DNA of 64,000 bases from Myxococcota bacterium (GTDB lineage: Bacteria > Myxococcota_A > UBA796 > GCA-2862545): contig JAWKRQ010000039.1 of assembly GCA_041389545.1 (NCBI GenBank), positions 1 through 64,000 on the forward strand, read 5' to 3'. Made by a program: the position numbers and the translations under genes. Below, in pieces: positions 1 through 9,135 of the stretch. The notes beneath the pieces were generated by a model, which saw nothing but the letters and a program-made list of their open reading frames with translations, searched no databases and had not been told where the DNA came from. How positions within the stretch are numbered: position 1 is the stretch's first letter; the number at the start of each line of letters is the position of its first letter.

Positions 1-172
1 GCCGCGGGTCGGCGAACGCCGCGGCCCCGCCGACCACCCGGCGGGTCGAGACGTTGACGACCGAGCGGACGGCCCGCTCGGCCACGTCGGGCAGCGCGAG
101 CCACGGGGCCTCGGCGGGCTCCGCAGCCGGCCCGGACGGCGTCGCGCACCCGAGCACCCACCACAGCAGCAT
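1..172 (-). CDS. N-terminal fragment of a secreted trypsin-like (HtrA/DegP-type) serine protease; the gene continues beyond the window start
   Basis: Reverse-complement translation is MLLWWVLGCATPSGPAAEPAEAPWLALPDVAERAVRSVVNVSTRRVVGG: a signal peptide followed by an AVVNIST-like stretch typical of HtrA N-termini. GGAGG lies 6 nt upstream of the ATG at 172..170. Confidence 0.4.
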   Translation of the reverse strand, partial: MLLWWVLGCATPSGPAAEPAEAPWLALPDVAERAVRSVVNVSTRRVVGGAAAFADPR

Positions 173-197
173 CCTGCCTCCACGCGGAGGGCAGGAT
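171..197 (-). promoter_or_regulatory. Hairpin with an 11-bp stem (one bulge) and a GCGT loop whose 3' arm contains the SD and AT of the start codon of the downstream protease gene; it may also act as a terminator for the BRCT gene
   Basis: ATCCTGCCCTCC-GCGT-GGAGGCAGGAT read on the minus strand. It lies 24 nt past the BRCT stop codon and no U-tract follows. Confidence 0.3.
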
Positions 198-220
198 ACA
201 CCCGGCAGCGCCGTCGGGGG

Positions 221-895
<675 letters not shown>

Positions 896-908
896 CTACA
901 GAGGGTCC

Positions 909-1300
909 ATGAGGGACGAGCAGCGCGCGCTGCCGGTCGCGATCGCCCGGCTGGTACAGGCGCAGCGGGTCGACATCGAGGGGGAGCTCCGCGCCCTGCT
1001 CGAGGAGGGCACCCGCCGCGTCACCATCGGGATCGGCCCCACGGTCGACATCCCGCTGCTCGACGAGGAGCTCCACGCCGCCGAGATCGCGGAGCTCGAC
1101 CGCGAGCTCGTGGTGGCCACGGTGATGGCGGAGCCCGACGGCTACATCGTCGAGCGCGGGTGGAGCAACTTCGGGCTGTACACCTGGAGCGACGCCGATC
1201 CGATCTGGCACAGCGTGCCGTGGATGGGCATCGTGCGCGGGCTGCGGCCGGGCGACAAGGTCGCGATGGGCTCGACCCCGGCCGAGGCGCCCAGTTCGTG
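909..1300 (+). CDS. Hypothetical protein; the 3' end is unclear because of frame ambiguity
   Basis: ATG at 909 is followed by about 130 aa of non-low-complexity sequence (MRDEQRALPVAIARLVQAQRVDIEGELRALLEEG...). Downstream the frame degenerates into R/A-rich sequence, suggesting a frameshift or gene end near 1300. Confidence 0.3.
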
Positions 1301-1808
1301 CTGCCCGGAGAGCGCCCTCGATCCCGCCGCGGATCCACCGGCGCAGCCTGCGCAAGGAGGCCGCGGCCAAGCCGAAGGCACGCGAGGACGCCCGAGGTCG
1401 ACCGGCGCACGCTGCGCACGCCGCCGCGAGCGCTACGCCGTCCCCTGCCGAGCAGCACGAGCCCGCGCCCTCCCTCGCTGCGGGTCGACGCCGATCGCTA
1501 CCAGGCGCGGTTCGACGTGGCGATCCGCTACTGGCGCTACGCCATGATCACCTTCGGCAGCGATCCGTCGTTTGTGGTGGTCCTCGACGATCCCGAGCTC
1601 GCCCGCTGCGGGGCGGCGATCGGGCGCAACTCCTCGACCAGCCCGACCGCGGCTACGAGCTGTTCGTCCGCGATCCCACGCCGGAAAGCCAGGGTCCAGC
1701 CGCCGAACACGGGGAACGAAGCTGGTCGGCGACGTGGTCAAAGTTGCGCGGCGCGGGCAATCCGCTCCTCGGGGTTCGGCTACGTCGTGCACCCGCCTGG
1801 AGCCCGCG

Positions 1809-2042
1809 ATGCCGTCGCCGCGGTTCGGCCCGCGCCAGGTGCCCGAGCCGGCCGAGATCGCCGCGGTGCTCGGCCTCGACGAGGACCTGCTCGACGACGA
1901 CGAGCGCGTGAAGTCCGCTCACCGCGACCTGGTCCGCCGCTTCCACCTCGACCGGCACGACGGCGAGCCCGGGCACCTGTCGCGGTTCCTCGAGCTGCAG
2001 CTGTGCTTCGCCGCCTGGAAGAAGGCCCGCGGCGTGGCCTAG
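1809..2042 (+). CDS. Small J-domain (DnaJ-like) protein with a variant HLD in place of HPD
   Basis: MPSPRF...AAVLGLDEDLLDDDERVKSAHRDLVRRFHLDRHDGEPGHLSRFLELQLCFAAWKKARG fits the J-domain consensus Y..LGV...A...IK.AYR.L...HPD. GGAG lies 7 nt upstream of the ATG. Possible upstream in-frame parts in other frames (1380..1800) may belong to the same gene. Confidence 0.4.
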   Translation: MPSPRFGPRQVPEPAEIAAVLGLDEDLLDDDERVKSAHRDLVRRFHLDRHDGEPGHLSRFLELQLCFAAWKKARGVA

Positions 2043-2640
2043 CCCTCGCGGAGGTGGGCGAACCGCCGGTCCGGGACGAGCCACATCCCCGCGACGCCGA
2101 CGTACAGCGCGTAGGCCAGGGCCGGTTGCACGAAGGCCAGCGCGATCGCCGCGCCAGGCGACGGCCGAGGCGACACCTTCCCGTCGTAGCCCACGGCCCG
2201 CGCACCGGCGACTCGGCGCCCTGGCTCGCGATGATCGCGCGCTGCAGGAACAGCCACGCCACGCCGCAGGCGAACAGCACCACGCCGTAGGCGGCGGGCG
2301 GGACGGGCGCGCCGACGTGCTCGCTCATCCACCCCGTGGCGAAGGGACGAGCGACAGCCAGAACAGCAGGAGGTTGGCCCACAGGATCCAGCCCGTCGAC
2401 GCGCTCGACCAGATGCAGGAGGTGGTGGTGGTTGTTCCAGTAGATGCCGAGGAAGACGAAGCCTCAGCACGTAGGCGAGCAGCGACGGCACGGTCTGCTG
2501 CAGCGCGCAGGTCATGCCTCCGGGCGCGCAGCTCGAGGGACCATGATGGTGATGAGGATGGTGATGACGCTGTCGCTGAACGCTTCGAGCCGGCCGCTGG
2601 ATACGGCGCGTGCAGGTGCCTCGGGGTAGGCCGCAGCGCG
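2039..2640 (-). pseudogene. DUF1211/TMEM175-like membrane protein whose reading frame is broken at least three times
   Basis: RLEAFSDSVITILITIMV, then NLLLFWLSLVPFATGW, then C-terminal ...AIALAFVQPALAYALYVGVAGMWLVPDRRFAHLREG are found in three different minus-strand frames. No clean start codon. These could be sequencing errors rather than true decay. Confidence 0.35.
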
Positions 2641-2656
2641 ACACGTTACTGAGCGG

Positions 2657-4861
2657 ATGACCGATGGAACGGCCCGCTGCCCCCCGCCGACGCCGATTCG
2701 TCCGGGTGGCCCTGTCGATCGCGGCAACGCCTACGACGGGACCGCCGCGCGACCCGCCACCCTGCGCAACGTTCTGGCGGCCTTCGGCGTTGATCCGCCG
2801 CTGCCCGTCGGGCGCGGCGTGTCCTTCCCCGTCGACACGCCGGAGGGGCCGCTCGGCTTGCGGGGCCACGTCCGCTGGACCCGCTCGCTGCCCGGACCGG
2901 CCGGCGAGCCGGTGGGGGTGGGGATCGCGTTCCAGGACCTCGACGGCGGCACCCTCGACCGGCTCGCGAGCTGGCTCACCTCGACCGGCCCGCGGGCAGT
3001 TAGCCTCCTGGTGAGTTTCCTGTTCCTGGCCGGCCTGGCGCTCTCGGCGCTGGCCAGTTCGCTGCTGCTGGCCCTGTACTTCCTGCGCCTGCGCCGCCGG
3101 AAGGTCGTCGTCTCGTCGCTGCTGCCCTGGCAGTCGCTGCTGCGCGACGAGAAGCTCGCCTCGCCGTTCCAGCGCTTCCGCCGCAACCTGCTCCTGCTCG
3201 TGCAGCTGCTCCTGCTGGCGCTGCTGGTGCTGGCGTTCGCCCGGCCGTTCGTCGAGAGCGAGGCGGCGGGCTTCCGCAGCGTGGTGCTGGTGGTCGACAC
3301 CAGCGCGTCGATGGGCGCGACCGACGCCGAACCCACGCGCCTGCAGGCCGCCGTCGCCCGCGCGGGCGAGATCGTGGACGGCCTCGGCCCGGCCGACGAG
3401 GTGATGGTGGTGCGCGCGGGGTCGACCACCGCCGTGGCCCTGCCGTTCACGCGCGACCACGCCGCGGCGACCCGGGCGCTGGCGGGCCTGGCCGTGAGCG
3501 AGGCCGAGGGCACCCTCGAGGAGGCCGTGTCGCTCGCGCTGTCGCTCGCGAAGAGCCGCCCCGACGTGCAGGTCGTGGTGCTCTCCGACGGCGGGCCGCG
3601 CCCGCTCACCACCGTCGAGGCGCGCGGCGCGGCGGTGCGCTACGAGCGGATCGGGCGGAGCGACCGCAACGCGGGCATCGTGGCGCTCGACCTGCGCCGC
3701 TCGCCGGTGTCGGAGCTCGACCAGCAGCTGTTCGTGACGGTGCGCGCCTTCGGGAGGCAGCCGATGGACGGGTCGGTCGAGGTGTACCTCGACCAGCGCC
3801 TCGTCGGGCTGCGCAACGCGGCGCTCCAGCCCGACGCGCCCGTCTCGATGGTGTTCGACCTGCCGACCGACGGCGCGGGCCTGCTCGAGGTGCGGCTCGA
3901 CGCGCCCGACGACGCGCTGCCGGCCGACGACCGCGCGGTGGCGCTGCTCGAGCCGCTCGGGGCGCGCAAGGTGCTGGTCGTCGGCGGCGACCCGCTGCTC
4001 GTCAAGATCCTGGCCAACGACCCGCGGGTCGAGGCGTCGCAGATCGCGCCGAGCGCCGTCACGCCCGAGATGATCGGCCGGTCCGACGCCGTGCTGTTCG
4101 CCGGGCCCGTCCCCGACGGCATGGACGGCTACGACTACGCCGTGCTCGGCCCGTTCCCCGGCGGGCCGGTGAAGTTCGGCGAGCCGGTGAGCGCGCCGAA
4201 GATCACCGGCTGGCAGCGGACGCACCCCATCCTGCGCTTCACCCGGTGGGACGACGTGCTGGTGGGCCAGGCCCGCGCGGTGGTCGATCGCGGCGGCCTG
4301 GCGCCGCTGGTCGACGGCGAGCACGGCCCGATGCTGCTCGCCGGGCAGCGCGCCGGCGGCCGCGTCGCGCAGCTGGCGTTCGACCCCTACCACAGCGACC
4401 TGCCGCTGCGGGTGGCCTGGCCGATCCTGGTGCTCAACCTCGTCGGCTGGCTCACCGAGGACCCGGCCACGGGCCCGGCGGCGCAGGCGCGCACCGGCCA
4501 GCCGTTCGTCCGCCGCCTGCCCGACGCCGACGCCGACACCACCCCGACGGTGCGCGGGCCGGAGGGCGCCGGCGAGGCCGTCGTCGCCGACGGGGTGCTG
4601 CGGGTCACCGGCACCGATCGCGTCGGCGTGTACCGGGTCACCGCGGGCAGCACCGAGCTGCGGTTCGCCGCCAACCTGCTGTCGGAGGGCGAGTCGCGCA
4701 TCGCGCCGCGCGGCGACCTCGGCCTGACCGTCTCCGCCGGCGACGAGGGCGCCGCGAGCGCCGCCATGGCCCGCCGCGAGCTGTGGCGGCCGCTGCTGAT
4801 CGCGGCCGTGCTGGTGCTGCTGCTCGAGTGGGCGCTGTGGTCGTTCCGGAGGTCGGCGTGA
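2657..4861 (+). CDS. PilZ-like domain plus TM segments plus von Willebrand A (vWA) domain protein of the BatA/aerotolerance type
   Basis: 734 aa. The N-terminus has GVSFPVDTPEGPLGLRGHVRWTRS...VGVGIAFQDLD (PilZ-like). Hydrophobic helices follow, then VVLVVDTSASMG...(vWA MIDAS DxSxS) and a C-terminal TM segment. The stop overlaps the next start (GTGA). Confidence 0.65.
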   Translation: MTDGTARCPPPTPIRPGGPVDRGNAYDGTAARPATLRNVLAAFGVDPPLPVGRGVSFPVDTPEGPLGLRGHVRWTRSLPGPAGEPVGVGIAFQDLDGGTLDRLASWLTSTGPRAVSLLVSFLFLAGLALSALASSLLLALYFLRLRRRKVVVSSLLPWQSLLRDEKLASPFQRFRRNLLLLVQLLLLALLVLAFARPFVESEAAGFRSVVLVVDTSASMGATDAEPTRLQAAVARAGEIVDGLGPADEVMVVRAGSTTAVALPFTRDHAAATRALAGLAVSEAEGTLEEAVSLALSLAKSRPDVQVVVLSDGGPRPLTTVEARGAAVRYERIGRSDRNAGIVALDLRRSPVSELDQQLFVTVRAFGRQPMDGSVEVYLDQRLVGLRNAALQPDAPVSMVFDLPTDGAGLLEVRLDAPDDALPADDRAVALLEPLGARKVLVVGGDPLLVKILANDPRVEASQIAPSAVTPEMIGRSDAVLFAGPVPDGMDGYDYAVLGPFPGGPVKFGEPVSAPKITGWQRTHPILRFTRWDDVLVGQARAVVDRGGLAPLVDGEHGPMLLAGQRAGGRVAQLAFDPYHSDLPLRVAWPILVLNLVGWLTEDPATGPAAQARTGQPFVRRLPDADADTTPTVRGPEGAGEAVVADGVLRVTGTDRVGVYRVTAGSTELRFAANLLSEGESRIAPRGDLGLTVSAGDEGAASAAMARRELWRPLLIAAVLVLLLEWALWSFRRSA

Positions 4862-7687
4862 CCGACGTCTCCATCGGCCTCGAGCGGCCCGAGTGGCTGC
4901 TGCTCCTGCTCCTGCTGCCGCTGTTCCCGCTGGCGGCGCGCTACGGGCGGCGGACCCTGCGGCGGCGCCGCTGGTGGCTGGCCCTGGGGCTGCGTGCGCT
5001 GCTGCTCACAGTGCTGGCGCTGGTCCTGGCCGAGCCGACCCTGCGGCGCCCCGTCGACGACCTGGCCGTCGTCTTCGTGGTCGACGGCTCGGCCTCGGTC
5101 GGCGCCGACGGCCAGGCCGCGGCGCTGCAGTTCGTGCAGGAGGCGCTCGAGCAGCAGCGCCCGGGCGACCGCGCCGGCGTGGTCGTGTTCGGCGCCGAGG
5201 CGATGGTCGAGCAGCAGCTGCAGGCCGACCTGCGCGTCGACGCCTTCGAGAGCCGGCCCAACCCGCAGCACTCCGATCTCGCGGCGGGCCTGCGGCTCGG
5301 CACCGCCCTGCTGCCCGGCGACCGCACGCGCCGGCTGGTGCTGCTCACCGACGGCGAGCAGACCCACGGCGACGCCGCCGGCCAGACCGTCCTCGCCGCG
5401 GGCGACGACCTGCAGCTGTCGGTGGTGCCGCTCGGCGGGACCGACCGCCCCGAGGTGCTGATCGAGGACCTCGTCGCGCCCACCCAGGTCGACGAGGGCG
5501 CGGCCTACGAGGTCCGCGTGGTGGCCCGGGCCGAGCAGGACGCCACGGGCACGCTCCGGCTGTACCGCAACGACCGCTACCTCGGCGAGATGCCCGTCAC
5601 CCTGCCGGCCGGGCGCTCGCAGGTGCTGTCGTTCCGCCAGCAGGCCGACGCCGGCGGGCTGTTCCGCTACCGGGCGCAGCTCGAGGTCGACCCCGCGCTC
5701 GACGGTCAGCCCGAGAACAACGTCGGCGTGGCCACCGTGCAGGTGCGCGGGCAGCCGGCGGTGCTGCTGGTGGAGCGCGACCAGGGGCAGAGCCGGCACC
5801 TGGCCGCCGTGCTGCGCGGCGAGGGCTTCGCCGTCGACGAGGTCGACCCGGGCGGCCTCCCCGCCACGCTCCCCGACCTGCGCCGCTACGACGCCGTGTT
5901 CCTGTCGGACGTGGCCGCCTACACGATGTCGCGCGGCACCCAGGAGGCGCTGGAGGTCTACGTCCGCGACCTCGGCGCCGGCCTCGTGATGCTCGGCGGC
6001 GACGAGTCCTTCGGGCTCGGCGGGTGGTACGACACGCCCGTCGAGCGCGCGCTGCCCGTCCGGATGGACCTCGACGACAAGGCGCGCTTCCCGAAGCTCG
6101 GCATGGTGCTGGCCCTCGACAAGTCCTGCTCCATGGGCGACGGCGGCGGCAGCCCGCTCGGGATGGCCAAGGAAGCCGGGATCCGCACGGTCGAGCTGCT
6201 GTCCGACCGCGACGCGCTCGGCTTCGTCACCTTCGACGCCGCGAGCACCTGGATCGCGCCGCTGGCGCCGCTCGAGGGGCGCCGCGAGCAGGTCCGCTCC
6301 GACATCGCCTCGCTGCGCAGCGGCGGAGGCACCGACATCTACCCGGCCGTCGACGCCGCGGTGACGGCGCTGCGCGACAGCGACAACGCGCTGAAGCACA
6401 TCGTGCTCATCTCCGACGGAATGACCACGCCCGGCGACTACCAGACGCTCATCGCGGGCGCCAACCGCAGCGACAAGATCACGCTCACGGCGCTGGCCAT
6501 CGGGGCGGGCGCCGACCAGACCACGATGAAGCAGATGGCGACCTGGGGCGGCGGCCAGTACTACTACGTGACCGACGCCAACGCGATCCCCGCCATCTTC
6601 ACCCGCGAGGCGCTGCTGGCCACGCGCGCGTTCCTCGTCGAGGACCCGTTCGTGCCGAAGCTCGCCATGCCGAGCGACCTCACCCGCGGGCTCGGCGGCC
6701 TGCCGATGCCCACGCTGCGCGGCTACGTCGCCACGCAGCCGAAGCCGCGCGCCGTGGTCCCGCTCGTCGCCGATCGGCCGGACACGCCGGGCAAGACCGA
6801 CCCGATCCTCGCCCACTGGCGCTACGGCCTCGGGCGCTCGGTGGCCTTCACCTCCGACGCGAAGGCCCGCTGGGCGCGCGACTGGGTGGGCACCGCGAGC
6901 TACACGCGCCTGTGGACGCAGGTCGCGCGCTGGGTCGCCGGCGGGGCGCAGTCCAACGGGCTGTCGGCGGTGGCCGAGATCCGCGAGGGCGAGCTCACCG
7001 TCACCGTCGACGCGCTCGATCCCGCGGGCGGCTTCCGCAACTTCCTCGACGGCACCGCGCGGGTGGTCGGGCCCGACAACCGGGTGCACGAGCTGGCGCT
7101 GCAGCAGGTGGGCCCCGGGCGCTACGAGGCGCGCATGCTGGTCGACCAGGACGGCAGCTGGCTCGCCGGCGTCCAGCTGTCGGACGCCGACCAGCTGGTC
7201 GGGCAGCTCGTGGCGGAGGCGGTGCAGCCGTACTCGCCCGAGTACCGGCGGCGGCAGGCCGGCGCCGGGCTCGTGCAGGAGCTCGGGCGGCTGGGCCGCG
7301 GCGGCGTGGTCACCGACCCCGCGGCGGTGTTCGCGCGCCCGGAGGCGCCCCGCAAGGTGCCGCGGCCGCTGTGGCCGCCGCTGATGGCGCTGGCGGCCGT
7401 GCTGCTGCTGCTCGACGTGGCCTCGCGGCGCCTGATGGTCTCGGCCGACCCGCGGGCCGCCGCGGCCGGTGCGGCCGGCCAGGGCGCCGGCGGCGAGGCG
7501 GTGGGCGCAGGTGCGCGGGCGCGTGGTCCGCGGCGGGACGGGCGGCGGGCAGCCCGGCGAGGACGCCCCGAGCCCGTCGAGGAGGAGGTCCGGCGTCCCG
7601 ACGGTGCAGGTGGACGAGGGCTCGTACGCCGGGCAGCTGCTGGCGGCCCGCCGGCGCGCGCGGAAGAAGATGGGGGACGACGAGTGA
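4858..7687 (+). CDS. Large membrane protein with two vWA domains flanking a class-I glutamine-amidotransferase-like (DJ-1/ThiJ-like) domain (BatB-like); the C-terminal about 80 codons appear frameshifted
   Basis: GTG start overlaps the upstream stop. There is an N-terminal TM segment, then vWA 1 (VVFVVDGSASVG), a GATase1-like stretch (AVFLSDVAAY...GLVMLGGDESFG), vWA 2 (LALDKSCSMGDGGG...ISDGMTTPGD) and a C-terminal TM segment (LWPPLMALAAVLLLLDV). The downstream GTGA overlap at 7684 implies an end at 7687 in another frame. Confidence 0.6.
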
Positions 7688-9135
7688 TCGCGCTCGCCCT
7701 GCTCGGCTGCGCGCGCGAGGCGCCGCCCGATCCGGTGTGGACCGCACCCGTGGTCCGCGCCGCGGCCGCCGCGCCCGCCTGGCTGCAGGGGCCGCCCGCG
7801 CTGCGGGCCGACGGCGCCGGCAGCGCGCGCGACCGGTTCCTGCTGTGCACGGGGGCGCCGGGCGCGCGCGAGGCGCTGCTCGCGGCCCTCGACGACCCGG
7901 ACCGGGCCGAGGACCTCGAGCTCGGCGGGCTGTGGAGCGAGGGCGTGTGCGACGCGCCCGGGTGGCGGGACTGGGTGCACCAGCAGCTGGCCGACGCCGA
8001 CGAGCTCGATCCGCGCTGGGTCCTGTGGCACGTGCTGCCCACCGACCCCGCCGAGGACGCCTTCGTGGCGGAGCGCGCGCCGGAGTGGAAGCTGCTGCAG
8101 TGGGTCTACGACCGCAAGGGGCCCTACACGCCACGGCTGCTGGGGATCGTGGCGCGCCAGATGCGGCGCGAGCGACACCTACTGGGCGCGGTACGGGCTG
8201 GCCGCGCTGGCCGAGATCGACGGCGCCGAGGCCGAGCAGGCGTTGCTCGAGCTCGCCGAGCACGCGCCGCCGTCGCTGCGCGACGAGGTGGCGCTGAGCC
8301 TGTGGGGACGCCCGTCGACGGAGGCGCGGCGGCTGCTGGGCGCCGCGTGCCGGCGGGTGCCGGACCCGCGCTGCGACCTGGTCCGGCCCGACCCGATCGC
8401 GGCCCTGCCCCAGACGCCGGCCGCGGGCGCCGACGGCGTGGCCATCGCCGAGGCGCACCCGGCCTACCGCGGGGCGGTGGTCGAGGCGCTCGACGGCTGC
8501 GTGCGGGGCGGGTCGCGCCGATGCGCCGAGGCCCTGGCGGCGCTCGACCTGGCGGCGGCGCAGACGGCGCTGCAGGCCGCGCCCGACGTGGCGCCGGAGG
8601 TGGCTGCGGCGCTGGCGGCGGGCCCCGAGGCGGTCGGCGAAGCCCTGCGCGAGGCCGGCTTCACCCCCGGCGAGGGCCCCACGGCCATGGCGCAGCTGCG
8701 CGCGGGAGGCCACGCGGTGGCCGTGGCGAACCGCGGGACCCGCGCACGGCCTACGCCCTGGCGGCGGCCGCGGGCGCGGACGCGCTCGGGTTCGCCGACG
8801 TGGAGCCGAGCTACACGCAGAGCGTGCCCGGCCGCCAGCCGCTGGTGGCGCGGCTCGCCTGGGGCCCGGGCTGGCGGCTGCGGGCCCTGGCCGAGCCCGT
8901 CGACCGCGGCGACCCCATGCTGCTGGCGACGGTGGGGCTGCTGAACGCGGCGCTGGCGGCCGAGGCGCGGCCCGAGCGGGTGGCGGTGACGGCGGGCTGG
9001 GACGAGGCGGTGGTGGGGCCCGCGGACGGGCTCCGCGCGCTGGCCGCCGACGGCTGGGTGGCGTTCGCGCCGCAGCCGGCCCCGCTCCCCGAGCCCGAGC
9101 CCGCGGCGGACGGCTACGACATCCTGGAGCCCTGA
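7684..9135 (+). CDS. HEAT/ARM-repeat lipoprotein with two apparent frameshifts (near 8160 and near 8740)
   Basis: VIALALLGCAREAPP has a lipobox. Then WVLWHVLPTDPAEDAFVAERAPEWKLLQW, YWARYGLAALAEIDGAEAEQALLELAEHAPPSLRDEVALSLWG (HEAT-like) and the C-terminal ...GWVAFAPQPAPLPEPEPAADGYDILEP follow. The plausible sequence jumps between frames 1, 2 and 1. Confidence 0.5.
   Translation: MIALALLGCAREAPPDPVWTAPVVRAAAAAPAWLQGPPALRADGAGSARDRFLLCTGAPGAREALLAALDDPDRAEDLELGGLWSEGVCDAPGWRDWVHQQLADADELDPRWVLWHVLPTDPAEDAFVAERAPEWKLLQWVYDRKGPYTPRLLGIVARQMRRERHLLGAVRAGRAGRDRRRRGRAGVARARRARAAVAARRGGAEPVGTPVDGGAAAAGRRVPAGAGPALRPGPARPDRGPAPDAGRGRRRRGHRRGAPGLPRGGGRGARRLRAGRVAPMRRGPGGARPGGGADGAAGRARRGAGGGCGAGGGPRGGRRSPARGRLHPRRGPHGHGAAARGRPRGGRGEPRDPRTAYALAAAAGADALGFADVEPSYTQSVPGRQPLVARLAWGPGWRLRALAEPVDRGDPMLLATVGLLNAALAAEARPERVAVTAGWDEAVVGPADGLRALAADGWVAFAPQPAPLPEPEPAADGYDILEP

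Noticed and set aside
4387-8297. The long ORFs 4893..8297 (+), 4387..8178 (-) and 7310..8713 (-) overlapping the vWA genes
   Set aside because: They have extreme R/G/A/P composition and no motifs. They are antisense or alternate-frame artefacts typical of high-GC DNA.
4246-9135. A single 1629-aa plus-strand ORF spanning 4.9 kb
   Set aside because: It is a chimeric frame. Only the segments 4858..7600 and 7684..8160 and 8740..9135 of this frame look protein-like; the rest is Arg/Ala/Gly-rich. It actually covers parts of three genes plus alternate-frame read-through.
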